A stretch of DNA of 64,000 nucleotides from IMG/VR virus record IMGVR_UViG_3300047318_000482, positions 26,526 to 90,525 of that record, one strand, 5' to 3'. Positions 1 through 8,006 of this stretch are shown here, in pieces. Position numbers and translations under genes: made by a program. The notes beneath the pieces were generated by a model. It saw only the letters and a program-made list of their open reading frames with translations. It was not told the DNA's origin and searched no databases. Position 1 is the first letter of the stretch; each line of letters begins with the position of its first letter. The stretch comes from a virus.

Positions 1-83
1 GTCGCTAGGCCGAATCGCTTGACAAAGCCAAGTCCCTAGGCCAAGCTCTAGGGCATAAGGGAATGGCGAGCAGGGGAGACGCA

Positions 84-506
84 ATGAACACCACCACCAG
101 GAAGACCAACCGCAAGTGCTGGAACTGCAACCAGCCCGCCTCGCACGTCATGACCCGCGAGGGCTCCAACACCCTGCACGCCTGCGACAACTGCACCCGC
201 ATCGACCGCGCGGAGGCTGAGCGTCTGGGGTGGACCATCGAGACGATCATCAGACACCGCGCCAACCAGTCCGAGACGACAGTGCAAAAGATGGCCGCCA
301 AGCTGAGCGACGAGGCCCTGTGCCTCGCGTGGATGGCCACGGAGGGACAGCCCGTCACCCAGGAACTCGCCATCGTGCGCGGCTGGATCATGGACGAGCT
401 GAACCAGCGCCTCGGCGACGGCCTGTTCGACGAGTGGCTGATCGCCACCGACGACAACGGCAACGGCGTCAACCCGATTGCCTTCCTCGCAACCAAAGGA
501 AAGTGA
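84..506 (+). CDS. Hypothetical protein with N-terminal CxxC...CxxC zinc finger
   Basis: ORF 63..506; ATG at 84 follows GGGGAG; CWNC and CDNC motifs; TTGACA at 19-24 upstream. Confidence 0.65.
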   Translation: MNTTTRKTNRKCWNCNQPASHVMTREGSNTLHACDNCTRIDRAEAERLGWTIETIIRHRANQSETTVQKMAAKLSDEALCLAWMATEGQPVTQELAIVRGWIMDELNQRLGDGLFDEWLIATDDNGNGVNPIAFLATKGK

Positions 507-585
507 CCGCCAGGCATGATGTGGTGCCCCGGCTGAAGCAAGCAGCCGGGGCACCACCCAGACGGTACCGAAGCAGGAGGCAATC

Positions 586-1053
586 ATGACGACTCAACCG
601 CAGCCCTCTGAGCAGGAGGCAGCAGCCACTTTCGCCCGCGAGTGCACCGATCTCGCGGAAGTCGTCCTTTGGTGCGCCGACCGAGTGCGGTGGGTTGATG
701 AGAGCCCGGCCGTACAGGACGCGGCCGACTACCTACACGACCTCTCCGTCAGGGCGCGGGCTGACATGACACCAATTACAGGCTGGCACGGGCCTGACAG
801 GCCGAACATCATTCGTTGGTGCGCGCAGGAGATCCACTCCATGGGCGGCGACCACAACGTAGAGAGGGCCGCCGAGTACCTGGACGACCTTGCCGTTGAA
901 GCACAGGAGGCACGGGACGAGGTGGAGGCTCAGGCGCACCTGGACGCTCTCGTGCCGCTTGCCGAGAGCCTGACCGCTTGCGGGTGCACCACGGGTTCGC
1001 CAGGCATGTACGAAGGCCCGGCCCGGGATTGCCACCTCCACGGCGAGAAGTGA
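586..1053 (+). CDS. Hypothetical protein with internal duplication
   Basis: RBS AGGAG; repeated WCA...AA(D/E)YL(H/D)DL segment. Confidence 0.65.
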   Translation: MTTQPQPSEQEAAATFARECTDLAEVVLWCADRVRWVDESPAVQDAADYLHDLSVRARADMTPITGWHGPDRPNIIRWCAQEIHSMGGDHNVERAAEYLDDLAVEAQEARDEVEAQAHLDALVPLAESLTACGCTTGSPGMYEGPARDCHLHGEK

Positions 1054-1064
1054 GGACACCGACC

Positions 1065-1463
1065 ATGGCAGACGCTGGAACCGACCTCTGGAACGTGCAG
1101 AAGTTCGACCAGATCCTGCGTGTGTACACCACCCTTGAAGCGGCCAAAGACCATGGCGAACACATCATCCGCCACCACTACCAAGACGCCATGGACCGCC
1201 GCCGCGTGCCCGAGTCCCACCGTGCCATCGACTGGCGCATCTACTGCTGCGGCCACCTCTACGGCCCCGGCCAGTTCAACCACACCGCCTACCCCGAGAC
1301 GCATGCGGAAGGATGCTGGCGGACAGAGCCCACGACGCTCTGCCTGCGCCCGTTCTGGGTCGTCAGCGGTAAGTCGGCAGGCACTGGACACACGAGTACC
1401 GACTGGGAGATCTGGCAGGGCGTGGCTTACGACCGGTTCGACCCGAGCTCAGTACTCGTATAG
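1065..1463 (+). CDS. Hypothetical protein
   Basis: In-frame ATG within ORF 978..1463 after GAGGA; MADAGTDLWNVQKF... Confidence 0.6.
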   Translation: MADAGTDLWNVQKFDQILRVYTTLEAAKDHGEHIIRHHYQDAMDRRRVPESHRAIDWRIYCCGHLYGPGQFNHTAYPETHAEGCWRTEPTTLCLRPFWVVSGKSAGTGHTSTDWEIWQGVAYDRFDPSSVLV

Positions 1464-1472
1464 ATCCGCCAC

Positions 1473-1515
1473 CGACGGCGCCCGGCCAGGGAATTGGCCG
1501 GGCGCCGTCGTTTCT
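1473..1515. terminator. Hairpin terminator between convergent genes
   Basis: 16-bp perfect inverted repeat CGACGGCGCCCGGCCA / TGGCCGGGCGCCGTCG followed by TTTCT. Confidence 0.8.
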
Positions 1516-1520
1516 GCACC

Positions 1521-1679
1521 CTACTTCTTGGCCTGTAGCGCGAGGACGGGGGCGTGGCAGACGACGCAGAGCGGGCAGCCGCCGTACCCGTACCGGTGCG
1601 TGGGATGCCCGCAGCCCGCGCACGGGCCGACCTGCGCTGGCGCGCAGACGGGGGCGGGTGGCTTCACGGGTGTGGTCAT
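1521..1679 (-). CDS. 52-aa Cys-rich zinc-finger microprotein (not in the ORF track)
   Basis: Manual translation MTTPVKPPAPVCAPAQVGPCAGCGHPTHRYGYGGCPLCVVCHAPVLALQAKK; ends at the terminator. Confidence 0.6.
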   Translation of the reverse strand: MTTPVKPPAPVCAPAQVGPCAGCGHPTHRYGYGGCPLCVVCHAPVLALQAKK

Positions 1680-1738
1680 GGGGCCATCGTACGTTCCACT
1701 TGGGAAACCCTGTCCGTGTCACTCCAGCCCATATGCCT

Positions 1739-2029
1739 TCAGCGATCCTGAATCTGCAGGTAGATCGTCCGCTCGTCGATCAGGCCGCTGACCGTGGTGA
1801 TCTGGCAGGCGAGCATGCCCAGGTCGCCAACGGTTCCACCTTCCGCTCGTTGGGTCACGAAGGCGCCGTTCACGACTGGCTCCCCGACGACAGTGACTCC
1901 CGTAGGGGTGATCACGACCGAATCGATGGTGTCGCCCACCTGCGTCAGCCAGTCGGTCCAGTCCCAGGTGTAGTCGAGCCGTGCGGCAGGGTCCTTGATG
2001 AGGGTGAAGGAGGTGGTCGTGGCGGCCAT
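1739..2029 (-). CDS. Putative phage fibre adaptor protein
   Basis: KDP..LDY.WDW..WL motif typical of small phage fibre adaptors; lies downstream of the fibre gene. Confidence 0.55.
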   Translation of the reverse strand: MAATTTSFTLIKDPAARLDYTWDWTDWLTQVGDTIDSVVITPTGVTVVGEPVVNGAFVTQRAEGGTVGDLGMLACQITTVSGLIDERTIYLQIQDR

Positions 2030-2033
2030 GGGT

Positions 2034-3269
2034 CTACCTCACTGTCAGGGTGCGGTTCTCGGCGGCTACGACGAGAACCCGCTGTTCGGCGGCGACCACG
2101 TGGCGCCGGTTCTCGGCGGGGATCTTGAAGGTTCGTTCCGGGCTGGGTACGACGGTGGACGCCTCGGTGAGCGGGCGCGCTGCGTCGATCTCCAGGGCGG
2201 GGATCAGCGTTGCGGTCTTGGCCCCGGTGAGCGGGAGTGCCGTCTCCGAACTGGCGGCGGTGGGCAGCGTGGTGGCCGCGTTCAGTTGCTGGGCCTCCTC
2301 GCCAGCACCGGCGGCGAGGAGGGTGGCCGTCTTCATGCCGGTGAGGGCCTGCGCTGTGTCCTGCGCGATGGCCGGCGTGAGAGTGGCGGTCTTGGCCCCG
2401 GTGAGCGGCAGTGCCGATTCCGTCGCGCCCGCGGATGCAATGGCGGCGGACTTCGCTCCGGACAGGGCCTGCGCCCCATCCTGTTGAGCAGCCGGGGTAA
2501 GCACTCCCGCCTTGGCTCCGGTGATGGCCTGTGCTGCGTCGGCTGCGCCGGCCGGGGTGAGCGTCGCCGTCTTGCCGCCGATGAGAGTCTGGGCGGTGCC
2601 CTGCTGTGCGGCCAGAACGAGTGTCGCGGCCTTCGTCCCGGCAAGGGTCTGTGCGGTGCCTGCTTCTGTGGCGGGGGTGAGCGTGGCCGCCTTCGTTCCC
2701 GTGAGCGGCTGTGCGGTCTCGGCGCTGCTGGAGGTACTGAGGGTGGCGCCAGCGGTGATATCGGCGGCGGTGAAGTCGTCGAACCTCAGCGCGGACACGG
2801 ACTCGGCGCGCAGGCCGACGCTCGTGCCCGTGGGCACGTTGGTGTCGGTGACCGAGATCCGTTCGACCCCGTTGACGAATGCTTTGATGGTGCTGCCGAC
2901 GGCTTGGACCTTGGCGACGTCTCCGGCGACGGCGGCGACGGCGTAGGTGCCGATGACGGTGAAAGAGCCGCCGACGACATGGAAGAGGTTCCAGGAAGAT
3001 CCGTCGTTCCTGAACAGGTAGCCCGAGGTGATGTTGCTGTTGCCGCGGATCCACAGCCCGTGGCTGGCCGCCGTGGTGGCGGCCATGGTGACCTGCGCGT
3101 AGTGATCGTTGGACGCCATCGCCCCGGCGGCACGCAGGATGATCGTGCCGCCTGCGCTGCCCGATGAGAGCCGGTTGGAGATGATCGACCAGTCGCCGGA
3201 CACCTCGACCCAGCCGACCCCCAAGGAGGTGGAGTCGGCGCGATCAAAGTTGTCGCTGAAGCTGGTCAC
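2034..3269 (-). CDS. Virion fibre protein: N-terminal lectin-like beta-sandwich plus ~20-aa repeat shaft
   Basis: FSDNFDRAD...W...FDDF domain, then about 9-10 repeats like TAQPLTGTKAATLTPA. Confidence 0.65.
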   Translation of the reverse strand: MTSFSDNFDRADSTSLGVGWVEVSGDWSIISNRLSSGSAGGTIILRAAGAMASNDHYAQVTMAATTAASHGLWIRGNSNITSGYLFRNDGSSWNLFHVVGGSFTVIGTYAVAAVAGDVAKVQAVGSTIKAFVNGVERISVTDTNVPTGTSVGLRAESVSALRFDDFTAADITAGATLSTSSSAETAQPLTGTKAATLTPATEAGTAQTLAGTKAATLVLAAQQGTAQTLIGGKTATLTPAGAADAAQAITGAKAGVLTPAAQQDGAQALSGAKSAAIASAGATESALPLTGAKTATLTPAIAQDTAQALTGMKTATLLAAGAGEEAQQLNAATTLPTAASSETALPLTGAKTATLIPALEIDAARPLTEASTVVPSPERTFKIPAENRRHVVAAEQRVLVVAAENRTLTVR

Positions 3270-3271
3270 GG

Positions 3272-3718
3272 CTACGCGGTGGAGCTGGCCCGGAAGAAGT
3301 CGGCGCCTGACAGGGTGAAGGCGTTCCCGTCGGGCGACCAGGTCAGGTCGTGCTTGGTGAGCGGGATCAGGTCGGAGTCGGTGCCCGTGGTGGTGTCCGG
3401 GTCGTAGCAGATGACGACCGCGCCGATGGCGTTCCCGGTCGGCGAGGACCAGACGACGCTTGCCATGGCCAGGGCGACGCGGTCGTTGGTGTCATCGACC
3501 GTGACGGTGACACCGGTCAAGGGCTTGCGGCCGACGGTGGACTGTTCGTTCGTGGTTCCGGCGACGACGGCGGCGAAGTCGTCCTTGTCGCGCAGGACGG
3601 CATCGCTCTCCAGACCGCTGGATTCCAGGGGGATCAGGACGAGGCCGTCGTTCGCGGCGGGGAGCCCTGCGTAGTAGGCGAGCTTGGCGAGGGCGGTGTT
3701 GAAGACGATGCTGGCCAT
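3272..3718 (-). CDS. Putative fibre base / capsid spike base protein
   Basis: MASIVFNTA...DDTNDR...W...YD pattern of phage fibre-anchoring proteins; coupled to the fibre gene. Confidence 0.5.
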   Translation of the reverse strand: MASIVFNTALAKLAYYAGLPAANDGLVLIPLESSGLESDAVLRDKDDFAAVVAGTTNEQSTVGRKPLTGVTVTVDDTNDRVALAMASVVWSSPTGNAIGAVVICYDPDTTTGTDSDLIPLTKHDLTWSPDGNAFTLSGADFFRASSTA

Positions 3719-3749
3719 GGTCACTCCAGTTCTTGCGGTCGATGCGGCG

Positions 3750-4064
3750 TTACGGGGTCGAGGAGGGGGACGGGGTGGGGGTGGGCACGGTGGAGCAGAT
3801 CTTGTCGGCGGCCGTACGGACGGCGTCGGACACCTTCGCCGCAGCGTCGGCGCGGAGGATTGCCCACAAGGCGCAGGTGAGTTGCTGCTGGTCGGTGCGC
3901 TGGGCCAGGCCGGTGGTCTGCCCGGAGCGGAGGGTGGCGAGACGGTCTTGGGCCTTGGTGTTCTGCCAGACGAGCAGGCCGGCCAGGCACAGCATCACGA
4001 CCACCACGACAGCGATGACGGGGGTGGTGTCATGCCGGGGGCGGCGCAGGGAGGGGATGGCCAT
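3750..4064 (-). CDS. Single-TM membrane protein (lysis cassette)
   Basis: Hydrophobic VIAVVVVVMLCLAGLLVW; two Cys in the ectodomain. Confidence 0.65.
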   Translation of the reverse strand: MAIPSLRRPRHDTTPVIAVVVVVMLCLAGLLVWQNTKAQDRLATLRSGQTTGLAQRTDQQQLTCALWAILRADAAAKVSDAVRTAADKICSTVPTPTPSPSSTP

Positions 4065-4079
4065 GGTGGCCTCCTTTCG

Positions 4080-4709
4080 TCAGTGGGCTACCAGGCGCAG
4101 AAGGCCGCCTAGCAGGGAGGTGTCGGAGGGGGACGGGGATGCGGTCGGGGTGGGGCTGGTCGTGGTGGTGCGGCGGCAGACGAGGGTTTCGGGATCGTCC
4201 GGGGAGGGTTGGAGGGTGTAGCCGTCGGGGCAGGTCTGGCCGTCCTTGCCGTCGGCGCCGTCCGTCCCGTCCTGTCCACTGGTGCCGTCGCTGCCGTTCA
4301 CGCCGTCCTGTCCTGCCGCTCCGGACGGGCCGGCGGCGCCAGGCTGACCGGTCGGGCCGGGTGAGCCGTCCGGTCCCGGGGCCCCAGCGGGTCCAGGCGG
4401 GCCGGGCACGGTGGACGTCGGCCCGGGTGAACCGGTGTCGCCCTGCTCGCCCTTCTCCCCCGGACTGCCCGGGGATCCGGTGGCGTTCTGACCGGGCTTC
4501 CCGGCCGGGCCGGTAACGGGGGTGCCGCCGAGGCGGCGGACCTGTGCGGCCAGAGCGTCGCGGGCCTCGAGTGCGTCGTGGAGGGATGCGGACAGGTCCC
4601 GCATCGTGACGACGATCCACCCCAGTACGGAGATCAGTAAGGCGACGCCGACCACCCAGACCACGTCGATGCGCCGTCTGCGCCGCCGGGACGCCGGACT
4701 CTCCCTCAC
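4080..4709 (-). CDS. Membrane-anchored collagen-like protein (lysis cassette)
   Basis: N-terminal TM, coiled coil, long Gly-X-Y repeats, C-terminal Cys pair. Confidence 0.75.
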   Translation of the reverse strand: MRESPASRRRRRRIDVVWVVGVALLISVLGWIVVTMRDLSASLHDALEARDALAAQVRRLGGTPVTGPAGKPGQNATGSPGSPGEKGEQGDTGSPGPTSTVPGPPGPAGAPGPDGSPGPTGQPGAAGPSGAAGQDGVNGSDGTSGQDGTDGADGKDGQTCPDGYTLQPSPDDPETLVCRRTTTTSPTPTASPSPSDTSLLGGLLRLVAH

Positions 4710-4719
4710 GATCTCTCCC

Positions 4720-5064
4720 TCACGATGACCCCTTACTGGCCAGGTAGACCTGCAGCAGCAAGAGCAGGAGGGGGGCGACGAGAGCGGTCAGCATCAGCCG
4801 TTTGTCGCCTGCTCTGCGGTTCTCCATTTCGCGCTGGTCCTGCTGCCGCTGCTGCGTTTCGCGTTCTCGGGCCTTCTCGATCTCGGTGATCCGGTTGACG
4901 GCTGCGGCATGCCGGTCGTCCTGGGCCTGCTGCTGCAGGGCCAGAAGGCTGGCGTCGACCTTGGTGTCCAGGCGCCCCGCGAGGGTGCGCATGTCGTCCT
5001 TGAGGTCCTCGAATCCGGCGTCGAGGCGACGAGCCAGCTCCCCGTTGGTCGGCTCGTCGCCCAC
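4720..5064 (-). CDS. Coiled-coil protein with C-terminal TM (lysis cassette)
   Basis: GTG start VGDEPTNGEL; C-terminal LMLTALVAPLLLLLLQVYL. Confidence 0.65.
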   Translation of the reverse strand: MGDEPTNGELARRLDAGFEDLKDDMRTLAGRLDTKVDASLLALQQQAQDDRHAAAVNRITEIEKARERETQQRQQDQREMENRRAGDKRLMLTALVAPLLLLLLQVYLASKGSS

Positions 5065-5078
5065 AGCGGCTCCTAAGT

Positions 5079-5441
5079 TCAGGCCTGCACCGACCGCACG
5101 GCGGCGGCCGGGACGGGGGCGGTGACCTGGGTCCGGTCCCACATGCCGACGACGATGGTGACCGCGGTCAGGACCACGGCCTGCCGCTCCGAGGACCAGT
5201 CCAGGCCCAGGCCGACGGCCAGAGCGAGAGCGGCCTGCGCGAAGCCGACCACCGCGGCGCCGACCGCGTCGTGGGCAATGATGGCGACGAGGACGCCGAC
5301 GGCGGCCGCGGCCGCACCGTTGACCCAGGCCTGGGTGTCGGCGGAGGCGTTCCAGCCGAACGCGGCCGTCAGCTTCACGCAGATCGCGATGAGCGCGAGG
5401 ACCGTGGCGGGCTCACGCCCGAGAATCTTTACCGGGGACAC
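5079..5441 (-). CDS. Holin
   Basis: About 4 TM helices with GREPA N-terminal motif, immediately downstream of the endolysin. Confidence 0.7.
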   Translation of the reverse strand: MSPVKILGREPATVLALIAICVKLTAAFGWNASADTQAWVNGAAAAAVGVLVAIIAHDAVGAAVVGFAQAALALAVGLGLDWSSERQAVVLTAVTIVVGMWDRTQVTAPVPAAAVRSVQA

Positions 5442-5476
5442 TGCGGTCTCCTTCTGAGGGATGGGGCGGGGGGTGG

Positions 5477-6766
5477 TCAAACCTTGGGAATCTTCAGGAG
5501 TGCCCAGGTCTTGGGGCCCGGGTAGCCGTCGGCGTCGTCGCCGGTCCAGCCCTGCGCCTGCTGGAACGCCTGGACGCAGCGGCGGTCCGCGTTGGTCCAG
5601 TCAGGGCCGGGTCCGGTCGTGTAGTACCGGCCGAAGCCGAGGGCGACCAGGCGCCGTCCCAGCGCGGTGATGATCGGGCTGTGGCGGCCGCCGTGAAAGA
5701 AGGCCTTGCCGGGGAACGGCTCGTACACGGGGGCGGGCTTCGGGGCGGGCTTGGGTGCGGGCTTCTTGGGCAGGGAGCCGAGGAGTTTGACGAGGCTGGT
5801 CGCGCCGGGGACGCCGTCTGCGTCCTGGCCTGCGTTGGTGCCCTTGTAGCCGAGGGACTTCTGGAAGTCGGAGAAGTTCTTGGTGTCGGCGTCCGCCCAT
5901 GCCTCGCCCTCGCCGGCCGTGGCGTTCTTCGCGAACCCGGCCTTCGACAGGGCCTTGCGAACCGCGGTGACCTGGGTGCCCTTGGCGCCGTATCCGTACT
6001 CCAGGCCGTTGATGGTGACCTTGTATCGGGCCGGGGTGGAGGCGGTGACGCCGGTGACGGCCGGGTACTTGGGGCGTCCGTAGCCGGCGATGTCGTGGAC
6101 GACGCGCACGCGGCGTGCGCAGACGTTCGCGGAGTTGCCCTCGATCGTGTACACGTACTTGCCGTCGCTGGAGACGCTGGTGACGACACCGACGTGGTCG
6201 ATCGCGCCGATCTCGGAGGAGGCGTCCCAGTCGAAGAAGATGATGTCGCCGCGGCGGATCCCGGACTTGAGGATGCCGTCGGTCATCGGCGTCCACTGCT
6301 TGGCCGCGTTGAACGCGGCGGCGTGGGCGACGGTGTACGCGTAGTCCTTGCCGAGGCAGACCGCCCCGTAGTTGTCGGAGGCGTACGCGCTGACGGTGAC
6401 GGTGGCGTCGCACCAGGCGAAGTTCCCGGCATACGCGGGGCCGTTGCGTTCGCGGTACCAGTCCTGGATGGCGTTGGGCTCGCCGGTGCCGAGCCAGGCT
6501 TCCATCGCCCGGATCATCTTCTCCAGGCCGCCCGTGTTGCCGCCGAGACTGCGCGGGCTGTCACTGTCCGCGGAATCGGGCGACTGGCGCTGGCCGATCG
6601 CCTCGAGCCACGGGGCGCCGTAGACGCCGCGGTCGTCGGCGGGGCCGAACTCGGCCGCCAGGAGTTCTTCTTCGGTCGAGACGGTCGGGCCGTTGCCGGA
6701 CTGCGTGAGCAGCGCGGCCTGCCGGTCCTGACTGATGTCGTCCTCGAGGGGGCGGGTTTCGCCCAT
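5477..6766 (-). CDS. Endolysin: CHAP amidase/peptidase with two peptidoglycan-binding domains
   Basis: AWCD, GDIIFFDW, DHVGVV and TIEGN motifs; DADGVPG and DADGYPGPKTW binding repeats. Confidence 0.85.
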   Translation of the reverse strand: MGETRPLEDDISQDRQAALLTQSGNGPTVSTEEELLAAEFGPADDRGVYGAPWLEAIGQRQSPDSADSDSPRSLGGNTGGLEKMIRAMEAWLGTGEPNAIQDWYRERNGPAYAGNFAWCDATVTVSAYASDNYGAVCLGKDYAYTVAHAAAFNAAKQWTPMTDGILKSGIRRGDIIFFDWDASSEIGAIDHVGVVTSVSSDGKYVYTIEGNSANVCARRVRVVHDIAGYGRPKYPAVTGVTASTPARYKVTINGLEYGYGAKGTQVTAVRKALSKAGFAKNATAGEGEAWADADTKNFSDFQKSLGYKGTNAGQDADGVPGATSLVKLLGSLPKKPAPKPAPKPAPVYEPFPGKAFFHGGRHSPIITALGRRLVALGFGRYYTTGPGPDWTNADRRCVQAFQQAQGWTGDDADGYPGPKTWALLKIPKV

Positions 6767-6800
6767 GGCCGGTTCTCCTTTTCAGGGGGCGGGGAGGGGG

Positions 6801-7628
6801 TTATCGGGAGGCGTCGAGCCTGGGTTGGACCAAGTCGGTCTGGTCGCGGAGAGCCCGGTAGACGTCCAGGGACATGCGGAAGCAGCCCTGGTCCGCCCAA
6901 GTCGCTGACCAGGAGTTTTGGACGCGGAGGATGGTGCGGGCGTAGTCGAGGCCGGTGCCGGTGTCGTCGCGGACGACGTCCTCGAGGGCGGTGATGCAGA
7001 CTTCGTGGCCGCCGGCGACGGGCGAGTCCTGCCAGCCGTCGCAGTCGTCGAGCAGGGCGTTCGGGCCGGACGGCTCGAAGAACGCTTCGTGCCAGGGCAG
7101 GCCCATGAGGACCGGGCCGGTCTGCAGGAGCTGGCAGAGCTCCTCGGCGGTGGTGGCGTGCCCGTACTGGTCAATCAGGGTGCGGGAGCGCAGTGCTTTG
7201 GCGACGCCGAGGCCGGAGGAGCCGCAGTCGTCGTTGGGCCACTGCTGGTCGTGCCACTGGTCGGCGCGGGTGGCTTCCGCGTACAGGCCGATCGCCCAGC
7301 GTTCGGCGGCCGCGCCGTCGTTGACGTCCAGGCCGGCCGCGGCGAGGGTGTCGGCGTCGTGGAGGACGGAGACCAGCGCGGTCGCCGCGTTGGCGGTGCA
7401 CGATCCGAGCGCGTCGACGTCGTCGACCCCGTCGGACAGGGTGCTGGTGCGGATGCCCTGGGCGATCAGGTCCTGCTGGTCCAGGACCGGAATCTTGGGC
7501 TGCCAGGCGGTGGGGCGCAGCGAGCCGCCGTCGTAGCGGCGCCGGTAGGCGAGGCTGCGCGGGTCGAGCACGAGGTGCCGGCCGAGCTGGCCGGTGACGT
7601 CGTACTGCTTGATGTCGAGGTCGGGCAC
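6801..7628 (-). CDS. Papain-like (C1) cysteine protease
   Basis: DQ...LGSCTANA, GGHEV and QNSW catalytic motifs intact. Confidence 0.8.
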   Translation of the reverse strand: MPDLDIKQYDVTGQLGRHLVLDPRSLAYRRRYDGGSLRPTAWQPKIPVLDQQDLIAQGIRTSTLSDGVDDVDALGSCTANAATALVSVLHDADTLAAAGLDVNDGAAAERWAIGLYAEATRADQWHDQQWPNDDCGSSGLGVAKALRSRTLIDQYGHATTAEELCQLLQTGPVLMGLPWHEAFFEPSGPNALLDDCDGWQDSPVAGGHEVCITALEDVVRDDTGTGLDYARTILRVQNSWSATWADQGCFRMSLDVYRALRDQTDLVQPRLDASR

Positions 7629-7647
7629 CCGCCCGTGCTCCTGCACT

Positions 7648-7660
7648 CCCCGCGCCTGAG
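7648..7660 (-). promoter_or_regulatory. Conserved late-gene motif, copy 1
   Basis: CCCCGCGCCTGAG on + strand; similar at 27954, 29905 and 32515. Confidence 0.55.
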
Positions 7661-7785
7661 CTGATGTTCGTGGCGGACCGCTGTGGTGCGATCGTCCCTC
7701 GGGGGGCGGTGCGGTGGCGGGCGGAGGGTCGCCCGGTGATCTCAGGCTACGGCCTGACGGGGCGTGTATTGCCCCCGCTGCTCGT

Positions 7786-8004
7786 TCAGGGCAGGGGGAT
7801 CGGGGTGATGGGGAAGATCTGCTCGTGCCGCTCGGCGATGATGGACGCAAAGTCCGGCCCGTTGTCGATGAGCCACTGCTGGATGACGTGGGCCAGGGCG
7901 GTCTCGTCCACGCGGCCGTTGTCGGACTGCACGTGCACGCTGACGATGGTCGGGTTCTCGTCGTGCACGCTGGGGCAGGTGAACACGTTGCTCGGGAATT
8001 CCAT
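7786..8004 (-). CDS. Small hypothetical tail-region protein
   Basis: MEFPSNVFTC..., starts 2 nt after the fibre stop codon. Confidence 0.55.
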   Translation of the reverse strand: MEFPSNVFTCPSVHDENPTIVSVHVQSDNGRVDETALAHVIQQWLIDNGPDFASIIAERHEQIFPITPIPLP

Positions 8005-8006
8005 GA

